A stretch of DNA of 64,000 nt, from NCBI GenBank assembly GCA_903873705.1, contig CAIQPK010000081.1:24989-88988 (forward strand), given 5' to 3'. The position numbers and the translations under genes were made by a program. A model generated the notes under the pieces. That model ran no database searches. It was not told the DNA's origin and worked only from the letters and a program-made list of their open reading frames with translations. This stretch comes from an uncultured Acidobacteriota bacterium (lineage in GTDB: Bacteria > Acidobacteriota > Terriglobia > Terriglobales > Acidobacteriaceae). Shown here in pieces: positions 1-11,055 of this stretch. The first letter of the stretch is position 1; each line of letters opens with the position of its first letter.

Positions 1-2797
1 GGACAGCGGGGAGAAGGCTGCGCTCGGCGAGGGTTTGGGAGACGTCGTACTTGTCGGCTTCGAAGCCGAAGGGGCCGGCCATGCCGCAGCAGCCGGAGTC
101 GAGGAGGGAGACGTCGGCGCCGGTGGCGCGGAGGAGGGCCAGTTCGTCCTTCATGGTCATGAGGGCTTTTTGATGGCAGTGGCCGTGAACGACAATGCGC
201 TGGTTGGGTAGTTGGGGTGGATGGTAGCCGGGAGTTTCGGCGAGGGCCTGGCTGAGCATGATGGTTTGCTTGCTGAGCATGAGGGCGCGTGGGTCGTTGG
301 GGAAGAAGTTGGTGAGCTCGTCGCGGAAGACGCTGGCGCAACTGGGTTCGAGCATGACGACGGGAGTGCCGGCGAGGATCTGTTCTTCGAAAGTGTCGAG
401 AATGCGGAGCAGGTAGCGGCGGGCTTCGTCGAGGAGGCCGAAGTCGTATAGCGGGCGGCCGCAGCAGATGTGATTGCGGGGGACGGTGACGTGGTGGCCG
501 GCGGTGGTGAGGACTTGTGCGGCGGCGTGCAGGGCGGAGGGGTGGAAGTAGTTGTTCCAGGTGTCGGGCCAGAGGATGACGCTGCTTTGCGCAGCGTGCG
601 GGGGCTGGGTGCGGAAGGCGCTGCGGAAGTTCTTTGCGGCGAAGCGCGGCAGGTTGCGCTGCGGCGCGATGTGCAGCAGCGACTTGATGCGGTTGTTGAT
701 GGCGGGAATGCCGAGCGGCAGGTTGGCGAGCGTGGGAGCGTAGGAGGCGACAGCGGCCCAGCGGTCCATGTAGCCGAAGGCGTAGTGCGCGAGCGGGCGG
801 TGCTGGCCGTCGTAGTGGTGGGCGAGGAATTCGGATTTCCAGGTGGCCATGTCGACGTTGACGGGGCACTCGGTTTTGCAGGCCTTGCAGGAGAGGCAGA
901 GGTCGAGGGCTTCTTTGACTTCGGTGTTGCGCCAGCCGTCCTTGATGACGTTGCCCTGCATCATTTCCCAGAGCAGGTGGGCGCGGCCGCGGGTGGAGTG
1001 CTTTTCTTCGCGGGTGGCCATGTAGCTGGGGCACATGGTTCCGGTATCGACTTTGCGGCAGGCGCCGACGCCGACGCAGCGGGTGGTGGCGTCGGAGAAG
1101 GAGCCGTGATTGCTGGCGTAGGAGAAGTGGGTTTTGAGCTTGGCGGGGGTGTAGCCGGGGCCGATGCGGAGGTTTTCGGTGGCGTCGTAGACCGCGATGG
1201 GGTCGATGAGCTTGCCGGGGTTCATGCGGTTGGTGGGGTCCCAGAGGGCTTTGAATTCGGCGAAGGCCTGCATGAGTTCGGGGCCGAACATTTTGGGGAG
1301 GAGGCAGGCGCGGGACTGGCCGTCGCCGTGCTCGCCGGAGAAGGAGCCGCCGTATTTGAGGACGAGGTCGGCGGCCTGGTCGATGAAGCGGCGGTAGAGG
1401 GCAACGCCTTGGTGGGTTTCGAAGTCGAAGGTGATGCGGAGGTGGACGCAGCCCTGGCCGAAGTGGCCGTACATGGGCGTGCGGTAGCCATAGCTGTCGA
1501 TGAGCGCGAAGAGCTCGCGGAGGTATTGGCCGAGGAATTCGGGGCGGACGGCGGAGTCTTCCCAGCCTTCCCAGCCGCTCTTTTCACCGGGGACGAAGAC
1601 GGTGGCGCCGAGAGCGGACTCGCGGACTTTCCAGACACGAGCGGCTTGTTCCGCGGTGTAGAAGCCGATGGTGGGGACGTGCTCGAAGGTGGCGGCGGCA
1701 GTGACGAGGGCCTGGGCCATGGCGTCGACTTCGGCGGGTGAGTCGGCGCCGAACTCGCAGAGGAGGAAGCCCTGGCCGGCGGGGAGAAGCTTGACGTCGT
1801 CGACGGCGAGGTTCTTGCGGAGCATGAATTCGACGAGCAGGCCGTCGAAGCCTTCGAGGCCGATTGGGTTGAAGGCCAGCACCGCAGGAACGTGGTCGGC
1901 GGCGATGAAGGGGTCGGCGAAACCGAGGGCGACGAGGCGGCGGCATTGCGGGCTGGGCTTGAGCTCGCAGTGGGCTTGGAGGATGGTGACGCAGGTGCCT
2001 TCGGAGCCGACGAGGGCGCGGGCGACGTTGAAGCCGTTTTCGGGCAGGAGCTGGTCGAGGTTGTAGCCGGAGACGCGGCGGGGGATATCGGGGAAGCGCT
2101 CGCGGACGAGGGCGGCGTAGGTGTCGCGGAGACGGCGGAGGCCGGCGTAGATTTCTCCACGGCGGCCACCGGCGGCGATGATGGCGTTTAGCTCGGGCTC
2201 GGGTGTGGGGCCGACGGTGAGGCGGGTGCCGTCGTAGAGAAGGATGTCGAGCGCGGTAATGTTGTCGACGGTTTTGCCGCCCATGAGGGCGTGGACGCCG
2301 CAGGAGTTGTTGCCGATCATGCCGCCGAGGGTGCAGCGGCTGTGGGTGGCGGGGTCGGGCGCGAAGGTGAGCTCGTGCTTTTCGGCTTCGGCACGGAGCG
2401 CGTCGAGAACGATGCCGGGCTGGACGCTGGCGGTGCGAGCGGCGGGGTCGAGTGCGGTGATGTTGCCGAGGTATTTGGAGAAGTCGATAACGACGGCGAC
2501 GTTGCAGCACTGGCCGGAGAGGCTGGTGCCGCCGCCGCGGGAGAGGACGGGTGCGCCGAACGCGCGGCAGGCGGCGAGGGTGGCGACGACGTCGTCGATG
2601 GAGCGCGGGATGACGAGGCCGATGGGGACCTGGCGGTAGTTGGAGGCGTCGGTGGCGTAGAGGGCGCGGGAGGCGTCGTCGAAACGGACTTCGCCGCTGA
2701 CGGTGGCGCGGAGGCGGGCTTCGAGCTGGGCGGAGGCGGAGAAGTCTTCGTGGGGGTGATTGGCGTTGGGCTGGAGGATGGGGAAGGCCGAAGGCAT
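1..2797 (-). CDS. FAD-binding and Fe-S-binding oxidoreductase (GlcD/GlcF-like fusion, YdiJ type); runs off the left edge
   Basis: Not in the ORF track because it is open at the edge. Read manually from ATG at 2797 (MPSAFPILQP...). Motifs include RGGGTSLSGQ, PDPATHSRCTLGGMIGNNSCG, SGEHGDG, CVGVGAC, CLSCKACKTECP and GCCGMAGPFGFE. Confidence 0.9.
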   Translation of the reverse strand, partial: MPSAFPILQPNANHPHEDFSASAQLEARLRATVSGEVRFDDASRALYATDASNYRQVPIGLVIPRSIDDVVATLAACRAFGAPVLSRGGGTSLSGQCCNVAVVIDFSKYLGNITALDPAARTASVQPGIVLDALRAEAEKHELTFAPDPATHSRCTLGGMIGNNSCGVHALMGGKTVDNITALDILLYDGTRLTVGPTPEPELNAIIAAGGRRGEIYAGLRRLRDTYAALVRERFPDIPRRVSGYNLDQLLPENGFNVARALVGSEGTCVTILQAHCELKPSPQCRRLVALGFADPFIAADHVPAVLAFNPIGLEGFDGLLVEFMLRKNLAVDDVKLLPAGQGFLLCEFGADSPAEVDAMAQALVTAAATFEHVPTIGFYTAEQAARVWKVRESALGATVFVPGEKSGWEGWEDSAVRPEFLGQYLRELFALIDSYGYRTPMYGHFGQGCVHLRITFDFETHQGVALYRRFIDQAADLVLKYGGSFSGEHGDGQSRACLLPKMFGPELMQAFAEFKALWDPTNRMNPGKLIDPIAVYDATENLRIGPGYTPAKLKTHFSYASNHGSFSDATTRCVGVGACRKVDTGTMCPSYMATREEKHSTRGRAHLLWEMMQGNVIKDGWRNTEVKEALDLCLSCKACKTECPVNVDMATWKSEFLAHHYDGQHRPLAHYAFGYMDRWAAVASYAPTLANLPLGIPAINNRIKSLLHIAPQRNLPRFAAKNFRSAFRTQPPHAAQSSVILWPDTWNNYFHPSALHAAAQVLTTAGHHVTVPRNHICCGRPLYDFGLLDEARRYLLRILDTFEEQILAGTPVVMLEPSCASVFRDELTNFFPNDPRALMLSKQTIMLSQALAETPGYHPPQLPNQRIVVHGHCHQKALMTMKDELALLRATGADVSLLDSGCCGMAGPFGFEADKYDVSQTLAERSLLPAV

Positions 2798-3035
2798 GTT
2801 GCGAGTGTGCGGGATGGGGTGGGGGGAAGTCTAGCGGGATGAGGGCTCTCGGTTGAGTGGGAGTAATGAAGGTTCCGATAAGCCGACTTGTCGTTACTAA
2901 TTTGGACCGCGACGAACGATTTATCGCGAATCGAACAAGCGGCGGAAATGTCACAACGTCGTAGTTGCTCAAAACACCGTTTTTCGGGAACGACAAGTCG
3001 ACCAGCCGGAGAAGATCAATTGGGAGAGCGTGGTG

Positions 3036-3509
3036 CTAACTACGTATTTCATTCACCACGGAAGACCATCTGAGGCAAGCGTCATTGAGCCTCCCTAAAA
3101 GGCGTCCAATCTCTTCATCGTCTGCGAACGGGTTTAGCAGGACACTGAGAGCTATATCCGCTTCGCCACTCGGCTTTGCCGACGCCTCAAACAATAGTTC
3201 GGCCTCATTCACTGCCCGGACCTGCACACGCAGATAGACGTCCTCAAACCCTTTTGCTGACTTCAGGCCCGATGCACGATAGCTCGACCAATCTGACATC
3301 TTCTGCATCCGGAGGTCCTCTTCTCGGAAAGAGAACCTTCCAAGCGCCACTCGAAGATGAGATGCAAGTTCGACCGCATTGCGTATTCCGACGGTGAGCG
3401 GAGCGTCCTGTTCGTAGTAGATGCCAGCAGAGTTGTAATGCAGGGGGGCTACGATTGCTGGGCGCTCGCCAGCCAAATAGATAGTAGCCATTCGCAAAGG
3501 AGGCTTCAT
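3036..3509 (-). CDS. hypothetical protein, possibly CdiI/DUF1436-like immunity protein
   Basis: 157 aa ORF, lower GC than its neighbours, natural-looking composition; C-terminal 'NPFADDEEIGRLLGRLNDAC' pattern. Confidence 0.6.
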   Translation of the reverse strand: MKPPLRMATIYLAGERPAIVAPLHYNSAGIYYEQDAPLTVGIRNAVELASHLRVALGRFSFREEDLRMQKMSDWSSYRASGLKSAKGFEDVYLRVQVRAVNEAELLFEASAKPSGEADIALSVLLNPFADDEEIGRLLGRLNDACLRWSSVVNEIRS

Positions 3510-3743
3510 CAGAGCAAGTGTAATCCCGCTACTCGCGGCGATTCTGTTCAGGATCGAGCAATGTGCCTCCCGCTGGGCGAATCTCTCGTGAAGTCAGGTT
3601 TTCGGCAAGTTCGTTTTGCCTGGGACGATTGCTCCCGATAAACGCCGTTGTCGGAAGTTACGATCGCTTTGGGTGTCCTGATGTAGGCCAAGGCTGAAGC
3701 CTTAGAGGCAAGGGCAACGACGAAGGAGATTGTTGGGAGGCGG

Positions 3744-4478
3744 TTAGTAGGGGCCGGCCGTGGGTTTGGGGTAGGCTTCGCCGAATTTGTTGGTGTGGTG
3801 GCCCATGATGTCGCCGGTGGTGTGGAGGGGGATGGTGCCTAGCTGGGTGTTCTGGGCGGAGATGTCGACGGGGTGGCCGAGGCGGGTGAGGTCGTCGATG
3901 GGCATGTTCTCTGCCCAGACGTTGAGCTGGTAGTGGCCGGGAGGGATGTCGTGGAGGGCAACGCTGCCGTCGCGGGCGGAGATGGCGTAGAAGGGCGTGC
4001 TGAGGGCGACAACGACTGCGCCCATCTGGGGGTGGATGTTGCAGAAGATGTAGGAGACGCCTTCGCGGTCGAAGCGGACGGTTTTGCGGGTGTGGGCTTC
4101 GTAGAGGCCGAGGTCGAAGCGCTGGCCGTTGAACATGGAGAAGACGTTGTGGAAGAAGGGGTCGAGGTTGGGGAAGTTGATGCTGCTGCCGGTGGGGACG
4201 ACGAGCATGTGCGGGGTGAACTGCTTGTCCTTCTGCGCGAGGGTGTACTCCTGCGTTTTGCGGACGGGCAGGGGAATGCTCTTGTCGAGCGGCGTGAGCC
4301 AGACGACGACGTCTGCCGCCGAGGAAGCTTTCTTCGCTTCGTGATGCGTGACTTCTATGCGTGCCGTGACGTCGACGTTCTGCGACCAGGCGGAGAGTGC
4401 GGCAGCGGCGGCGAAGAGCAGGGCGCCGAGGTGGAGAGCTGTTCTGCGCCTGCGTTGGAAGGTAGGGGACGGAGTCAT
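3744..4478 (-). CDS. secreted cupredoxin-like protein with a C-terminal carboxypeptidase-regulatory-like domain
   Basis: ATG at 4478 just after the upstream stop; signal peptide; QKDKQFTPH..FPNLDPFFHNVFS..CNIHPQM gives an H/C/H/M type-1 copper ligand set. Confidence 0.8.
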   Translation of the reverse strand: MTPSPTFQRRRRTALHLGALLFAAAAALSAWSQNVDVTARIEVTHHEAKKASSAADVVVWLTPLDKSIPLPVRKTQEYTLAQKDKQFTPHMLVVPTGSSINFPNLDPFFHNVFSMFNGQRFDLGLYEAHTRKTVRFDREGVSYIFCNIHPQMGAVVVALSTPFYAISARDGSVALHDIPPGHYQLNVWAENMPIDDLTRLGHPVDISAQNTQLGTIPLHTTGDIMGHHTNKFGEAYPKPTAGPY

Positions 4479-4480
4479 GT

Positions 4481-6079
4481 TCAGAATTGGTACCCCACGC
4501 TGAGGGTGAAAATGTTGGCGATGTTGGCTGGGCCGGTGTAGGGCCAGGTGAGCAGGCGGCGATACTCGGGCGAGAAGATGAGGTAGCTCCTGGGGCGAAA
4601 GATGATATTGCCGATGGTGGTCTGGGAGCGGGCGGCGTAGGTTTGGACACTGGTGCCTGACGGCAGGTTGAGTTTGTCGAAGGTGCCGGAGTAGGCGTCG
4701 TCCATACCGAAAACGGCATTGGCTTCGAGGATGGGCGAGAAGCGTGTTTTGAGCTGCGACCATCCTCCTGCGGCGTCGACGCCGACGATGGTGGCAAGGC
4801 CGGTGGTGATGCTGGTGCCGGAGAGGACGTCTTTGTATTGCCCGCCGCCGAGGCCGCCGATGGCGTTGCCGCGATAGAGCTCGCCGCTGAAGTCGAACCA
4901 GCGGGTGAGCGGGACCTGCCAGTCTGCGGTGGCGGCCCAGGCGTGGATGTTGCTATTGCTCTTGTAGAACTGGCTGGCGGTGTAGGCGCCGATGCCGAGG
5001 ATGAGCGAACGGTCGGCGAGGCCGGTGAGGTCGCTGCGCCAGGAGAGGCGGCCTTCAACGCCGGGGCGTCGCGAGGCTTGCACGGTGCTATCGAACTGGA
5101 CGGCAGTGTAGCCGGAGGACTGCGGAGAAATGAGGCCGCCTTCGATGGCCAGGCCGCGCTGGCCGGAGATGGGGATGCGCTGCTCAAAGCGGACTTGCGG
5201 TGACCAGACCCAGAGATTTCCGGAACCGGAAAGGGCGGGCTCGGCTACGTTGGCGAACGAAGTGGGCGAAAAGGGAGAGATGAGCGGCGAGGTGTAGCCG
5301 ACCTGGAGGAGGGCTTTGGGCCAGTCGAGGTTGATGGTGACCTGGCGCATGCGGATGATGCCGGCCGCGGAGGTGTAGCCGGCGCTGTTGGTGGAGACAC
5401 CGCCGAAGAAGTCGACGCTGACGCTGGCGGAGGTGTGTGCGGCGGCGAGGGTGGGGCCGGTGGCCTCAAAGCCGAGCAGCGACTGTTGCAGCGTGCCGCC
5501 AAGGCTGCCGTGCGCGCTACCTGGATAGCGCTGCAAGGCGAGCGTGGGGAGGGAAACGTTGTCGACGACGCCGGCGTTGGCGAAGGCGTTGAAGAGCGCA
5601 AGGCCGTTGACGCGCAGACGATACTTTGACGAGGTTTCGACCTTGGTCTGGTCGAGTTGTTTGACCTCGGCTTCGAGGACTTGCTGCTTCTCTTTCAGGG
5701 CCGTGATTTCTTCTGCCTGTGAAGACGATGAGGGCGTGGCGGCGATGACCGCGGCGGGTGGCGTGGCGGGATCAGGTTGCAGCTGGGCGCGCTGGGCGTT
5801 GAGGGCGTCTAGCTCGGCGCGGAGGCGCTGGATTTCCTGTAGCGATTGCTCGAGGGTCTTCTGCGTCTGGTCAAGAGCGGCAGTGACTTCGCTGAGGCGG
5901 CGGTCCATCTCGGCGAGGCGCTGGGCGTCGGCGGTGGATGCGGGCTGAGTGGGAGTGGGAGACTGTGCGCGGAGCGAGGCTGTAGTCGAGAGACCGAGAC
6001 AGAGAGCGAGCACGGATAGGCGCAGCCTGCGGGCGGCGTTTTTCCGGCTTCGGCACTCGCTCCGTCCTGCGCGCTTCAT
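4481..6079 (-). CDS. outer-membrane beta-barrel/porin with N-terminal coiled coil (DcaP-like)
   Basis: Signal peptide, coiled-coil segment, amphipathic strands, C-terminal GYQF. Confidence 0.75.
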   Translation of the reverse strand: MKRAGRSECRSRKNAARRLRLSVLALCLGLSTTASLRAQSPTPTQPASTADAQRLAEMDRRLSEVTAALDQTQKTLEQSLQEIQRLRAELDALNAQRAQLQPDPATPPAAVIAATPSSSSQAEEITALKEKQQVLEAEVKQLDQTKVETSSKYRLRVNGLALFNAFANAGVVDNVSLPTLALQRYPGSAHGSLGGTLQQSLLGFEATGPTLAAAHTSASVSVDFFGGVSTNSAGYTSAAGIIRMRQVTINLDWPKALLQVGYTSPLISPFSPTSFANVAEPALSGSGNLWVWSPQVRFEQRIPISGQRGLAIEGGLISPQSSGYTAVQFDSTVQASRRPGVEGRLSWRSDLTGLADRSLILGIGAYTASQFYKSNSNIHAWAATADWQVPLTRWFDFSGELYRGNAIGGLGGGQYKDVLSGTSITTGLATIVGVDAAGGWSQLKTRFSPILEANAVFGMDDAYSGTFDKLNLPSGTSVQTYAARSQTTIGNIIFRPRSYLIFSPEYRRLLTWPYTGPANIANIFTLSVGYQF

Positions 6080-7896
6080 CTGTGCTCCTGCTCGACTTCG
6101 ACGTTGAAATCTGACATGGCTGCATCGGCAGACGGATTGGCGTCTGCGGCGTTGCGTGCCAGGGACTGTAAGGCGTTCTTATAGAGCAGGATACTGAAAA
6201 TCGTGTTGCCGGGCTCGCTGTGTTCGAGTTTAACTTCGCCGCCGTGTTCCTGGGCGACGTGTTGCGCCACCGTGAGGCCCAGGCCGACGCCCGAAACCTT
6301 GCCGGAACTGACGAAGGGCTGGAAGAGGGTGCTGCGGATAGTAGGGGCGACGCCGGGACCGGTGTCGGCGATGGCGATGCGGATGCGCTCGTGGTCTTCG
6401 ATGAGGGTGAGGGTGACAGATGCGGGGCCGCTGCGGCTGCGGGCCGACTGGCAGGCGTTGAGGACGAGGTTGTAGAGGGCGCGGCTAATCTTGGTGCCGT
6501 CGACGTTGGCTTCTACGGACTGGAGGTCGCGGGCGATGACCTGTACGTCGCGGGCGTCGGGGTGCTGGCGAACGGAGTGGACGGTGCGGTCTACAAGGCC
6601 CGCAAGAGACTCTTGTTGGATATGCAGGATCTGGCCGGTGCGGCCGAAGAGGAGGAGCGACTCGATGAGGTCGGTCATGTCGCGGACGGCTTCTTTGACC
6701 TCGAGGAGCAGCTCGACGCGCTCGTCGGCGCCGGTGTTGGCGAGGCTCATGAACTCGGCGTTGGCGTAGATGGCGGAGAGGTGGTGGCGGAGGTCGTGGG
6801 AGACGGAGCTGGCCATGCGGCCGATGGTGGCGAGACGGTCGGATTCGAGGAGCTCGCGCTGGGTGCGTTTGACTTCGTCGCGCATGCGCTCGAAGGCCAG
6901 GCCGAGCTCGCGGACTTCGACGGCGCCTTCGGTGTTGAGCTGGTAGTTGAAGTCGCCGCGGCCGAGTGCGCGGGCGCCGGCGACGAGGGCTTCAAGGGGA
7001 CGCGTGACGGTGCGCGAGATAGCGGCGGCGAGGGCGAGGCCGATGAGCAGCGTGGAGAGGCCGAGGATGAGGATCCACTGGTTGACGCGGCGGAGGTATT
7101 GGCTGGCGCGATCGTATGACTTGAGGACGACGAGCTCCGCCTTGACGTTGCAGGCGGCGGGCAAGGTGGAGCTCTGGGCGATGTAGATTTCGCGCTGGAG
7201 CGAGATGCGCTGCGGGGCGGCGGCGGTGAAAGTGGGGATGAGGCTGCGGAGCGCGCTGCGGCGGTCCTGGGGGAGGGTGGTGGCGGCAACGTCGCCGTCG
7301 ACGACGAAGGCGACTTCCGCAGCGGCGACGTCCGAGACTTCGCGGGCGACCTGCTGGTCGATGGCGTAGCCGAGGATGACGTAGCCGAGCTGCGAACCGT
7401 TGGAGGGAGGACCGAAGTAGAGCGGCTGGATGGAAAGGGTGTAGAGGCTCTGGCCGAAGGCGACCATGCAGGGCTCTTCAGGGCGGGCCATGCAGGCCTG
7501 CACGCCACGGCGTACGAGGGGATCGTTGAGGCCGTGCTCGCGGCTGGAGTAGGTGAAAAGCGCACCGGACGGAGCGGCGAGGCCGAAAAAGTCGCTGCCG
7601 CTGGTCTGCCAGAACTCTTCGCCGCCATCCTGGATGGTGCGGCTGTCCTGCGAGGCCATGAGGGCCTTCAGGCTGGGGAGATCGGCCATGAGCGAGGCTT
7701 CGCGAACGAGCATCTGGTCGCGCTGCTGGGCGATGTTGCGGAAGGTACTGAGGGAGTGGTCGAGGTCGGAGCTGAGGCCCTTGCGGATCTCCTGCTGCAC
7801 ACTGACGCGGATGATGAGCAGGCACGTTGCGGTGAGCCCGAGCGAGACTGCGAGGAGCGAGACCATCAAGGTCGACCGCATGCGCCACTGATTCAT
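6076..7896 (-). CDS. HAMP-domain sensor histidine kinase
   Basis: Two TM helices, HAMP, H-box SHDLRHHL, N-box NLVLNA, DTGPG, GVGLGL. Confidence 0.95.
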   Translation of the reverse strand: MNQWRMRSTLMVSLLAVSLGLTATCLLIIRVSVQQEIRKGLSSDLDHSLSTFRNIAQQRDQMLVREASLMADLPSLKALMASQDSRTIQDGGEEFWQTSGSDFFGLAAPSGALFTYSSREHGLNDPLVRRGVQACMARPEEPCMVAFGQSLYTLSIQPLYFGPPSNGSQLGYVILGYAIDQQVAREVSDVAAAEVAFVVDGDVAATTLPQDRRSALRSLIPTFTAAAPQRISLQREIYIAQSSTLPAACNVKAELVVLKSYDRASQYLRRVNQWILILGLSTLLIGLALAAAISRTVTRPLEALVAGARALGRGDFNYQLNTEGAVEVRELGLAFERMRDEVKRTQRELLESDRLATIGRMASSVSHDLRHHLSAIYANAEFMSLANTGADERVELLLEVKEAVRDMTDLIESLLLFGRTGQILHIQQESLAGLVDRTVHSVRQHPDARDVQVIARDLQSVEANVDGTKISRALYNLVLNACQSARSRSGPASVTLTLIEDHERIRIAIADTGPGVAPTIRSTLFQPFVSSGKVSGVGLGLTVAQHVAQEHGGEVKLEHSEPGNTIFSILLYKNALQSLARNAADANPSADAAMSDFNVEVEQEHR

Positions 7897-7926
7897 TACG
7901 TCGCCATTTTCTCGCGGGTTGGTGTC

Positions 7927-8616
<690 letters not shown>

Positions 8617-8714
8617 GTTCCTGTCGAGTGGCGGTTGGAGATCGCTCTCAGAGAGATTTTCTTCTCTTAGTCTTCACCACTGAAAGCGGCGATTAAGCGA
8701 AGATAGTGTTTTTC

Positions 8715-8732
8715 TGACAAAGAAGTGACAAA
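8715..8732 (-). promoter_or_regulatory. TGTCA-N6-TGTCA direct repeat (OmpR/PhoB-type box) upstream of the response regulator
   Basis: Plus strand TGACAAA-GAAG-TGACAAA, 11 bp period, about 100 bp upstream of the regulator start. Confidence 0.55.
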
Positions 8733-8740
8733 TGAGGGCG

Positions 8741-10051
8741 TCAGCATTGCGGGTTGTGAAGAGCTTGGATCTCAGAGGTGTTGAGCTCGGCAAGGCGAAT
8801 GGGTTGAGGGGTGAGGGCGGGAGATTTGAGGTTTGAGGTGGCGAGCGGTTGGTGGGCAATGCGTTGGAAAAAGACGGCGGCGATGACGGCGAGGATGGCG
8901 AGGACGGCGAGCATCGCAGGATAGCCGAAGCGGACGATGCCGGCGCCGATGCTGGCTGACGCGATGACCTGCACGCCGGCGCTGACGAAAAACATGTAGG
9001 AGGAGGCGCTGTTGCGTTCGGACTCGGGGGTCTGGTCCATGAGCAGGCTGAAGATGCCGGGTTCGCTGATGTTCTGCATGGCCATGTAGGTGCAGTAGAT
9101 GACGAGTGCTCCGCCGACGGTGTGGAGCATGGCGAGGACGCCGAGGGTGAGGGCGGTGGCGAGTTGGGTGAGCATGACGCCGAAGGTGAGGCCGGCTCGA
9201 CGGAAGAGGAGTGGAGCGACGAGGACCGCGGCGAATTGGAGGGCCTGGGAAAGCGAGAAGATGGTGCCCATGCGCTGCAGCGAGACACCGAGGTGGTGAA
9301 CAAAGTAGACGTTGGCGAAGGGCGGGAAGGAGCCGGTGACGAGTCCCCAGACCGCCATGGCAGGGAGGAAGCGGCGGAGGAAGGGGTTGGAGAGGTGGGC
9401 GAGCTTCTTCTTCGGCGCGCCGGTGCGGAGCTTGAGGCGCATGAACAAGGGCAGCGAGAGGATGACGACGGCGCAGGCGAGGAGCAGGGATTCGCGCATG
9501 GCCTGGGTGGTGGAGATGGGCGTGCCGGTTTGGAGCGCCTGGAGCCAGGCGGGGAGGCGTCCGGCGATGAATCCGCCGAGACCGGTGACGCCGATGCCTG
9601 AGGCGAAGGTGAGGCTGAAGGCGAAGGGGCGCTGTTCTTCGGTGGTGAAGCCGGCAACGGCGGGACCCATGCTGACCGTCCAGCAGGACATGGCCATACC
9701 GGTGAGCAGTGCGGCGGCGTACTGCATGGGCGGGGCGATGATCCAGACGCGCAGCGCATTGCAGATGATGGCGGCGGTGACGGCCGTGGTGAGGGTGCGG
9801 GCGAGGCCATAGCGTTGCGCGATGATGCCGGCGGGAAGCGTCCCGATGAGCGAGCCGATGCCGACGAGTGAACCGATGAGACCGAGCGAGCGCTCGGTCA
9901 TGCCGCAGTTGATGAGGTAAAGGTTGAAGAGGAAGAAAGTGATGGAGAAGCCGAGGTTGAAGAAGATTGCGGCGGAAAAGTACGTCCAGAACTGGCCTCG
10001 GGGAGCGGAGGTGAGCCAGCGGCCGTGCAGATGGCGGAGGCGTTGCTTCAT
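8741..10051 (-). CDS. MFS transporter
   Basis: About 12 hydrophobic segments; motif-A-like GIIAQRYG; start overlaps the kinase stop. Confidence 0.85.
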   Translation of the reverse strand: MKQRLRHLHGRWLTSAPRGQFWTYFSAAIFFNLGFSITFFLFNLYLINCGMTERSLGLIGSLVGIGSLIGTLPAGIIAQRYGLARTLTTAVTAAIICNALRVWIIAPPMQYAAALLTGMAMSCWTVSMGPAVAGFTTEEQRPFAFSLTFASGIGVTGLGGFIAGRLPAWLQALQTGTPISTTQAMRESLLLACAVVILSLPLFMRLKLRTGAPKKKLAHLSNPFLRRFLPAMAVWGLVTGSFPPFANVYFVHHLGVSLQRMGTIFSLSQALQFAAVLVAPLLFRRAGLTFGVMLTQLATALTLGVLAMLHTVGGALVIYCTYMAMQNISEPGIFSLLMDQTPESERNSASSYMFFVSAGVQVIASASIGAGIVRFGYPAMLAVLAILAVIAAVFFQRIAHQPLATSNLKSPALTPQPIRLAELNTSEIQALHNPQC

Positions 10052-11028
10052 CGGGCGGAGCCTCCGCTGTTGGCGAGCTGCTCGAGTTTATCGATGGCCT
10101 GGGTGAGGGTTTCGTAGTGCAGCTCGAATCCCTTGACGTTGGCGAAGCTGGAAAGGATGCTGGCCTGGCGGGTGCGGATTTCGGCGGGGTCGTAGAAGTC
10201 GGTGTGGAAGCGCTGCAGGGTGGTATCGAGGCCGAGGGGGACAAGCCAGGCGCGGTCGGTGGGCTTGCGGTGGAGGAAGATGACGTACTCGACGCGTGCC
10301 TCGTCTGAGGTGATGAGGCCGGGGAGCTCGGCGGTGGGGATTTCGATGGAGGGCTTACCCTCGGTGCGGGGGGTGAGCTCGTATCCTTGCAGCTCAGGGA
10401 AGAGGGCCTTGGCGGCGGGGCGGAAGCGGACCTTACGCGCGTTGCCGATGACGCGACCCTGGGTGGCGCCGTGGAGGACGTAGCAGCTGTCGTCTGCGGT
10501 ATAGGTCCAGCCGGCGCGGGCGCAGGCGTAAGCGAGTGTCGTCTTGCCGGCCCCCGGTGCTCCCCAGAAGAGCATGCCCTTACCGCGAAAGCTGACGCAG
10601 GCGGAGTGCAGGGGCATGGCGTGGCGCGAGGAGATGAGGATCATGACGACCGATTCGATGAAGTGATAGCGGAGGTAGAGCAAGTTGCTGGTGGCGGCGC
10701 GGGTGACGTAGATGGTGCCGTGACCTTCGCGCATGTTGGCGACCGCGTAGTTGCCGTCGCCGGCGTCGAGGTAAAGCATGTGGCCGTCCATGCTCCATGC
10801 GGGCGTGGGAGGCGGCGGCAGGCCGTCGCCGTCTTCTGAAGCGATGACGCGGACCTGCAGCATGGGGAGGGCGTAGCGCGGGGCATGATCGCCCCAGCTC
10901 TGCTCGGCGGCCTGCAGGATGGCGGGCGAATTGGTGGTGATTTCGATGGGGAGGCCGAGCGGGTAGAAGACGCCGCGAAGGGGCGTTGCTACTTCGGACC
11001 GTATTGCTTCAGCGAGGGCGTTGGTCAT
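10048..11028 (-). CDS. HprK-related P-loop kinase
   Basis: LHSACV...GAPGAGKTTLAYAC..GW..ADD, the HPr-kinase-like C-terminal signature. Confidence 0.8.
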   Translation of the reverse strand: MTNALAEAIRSEVATPLRGVFYPLGLPIEITTNSPAILQAAEQSWGDHAPRYALPMLQVRVIASEDGDGLPPPPTPAWSMDGHMLYLDAGDGNYAVANMREGHGTIYVTRAATSNLLYLRYHFIESVVMILISSRHAMPLHSACVSFRGKGMLFWGAPGAGKTTLAYACARAGWTYTADDSCYVLHGATQGRVIGNARKVRFRPAAKALFPELQGYELTPRTEGKPSIEIPTAELPGLITSDEARVEYVIFLHRKPTDRAWLVPLGLDTTLQRFHTDFYDPAEIRTRQASILSSFANVKGFELHYETLTQAIDKLEQLANSGGSAR

Positions 11029-11055
11029 TGGTGGTTGGGTATTGGGCTTCCGGTA

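Noticed and set aside
212..2996. Many long ORFs in the track overlapping the first 3 kb
   Set aside because: Shadow or alternate frames of the real minus-strand oxidoreductase, which is missing from the track because it runs off the edge. The same applies to most Pro/Arg/Ser-rich or antisense ORFs across the window.
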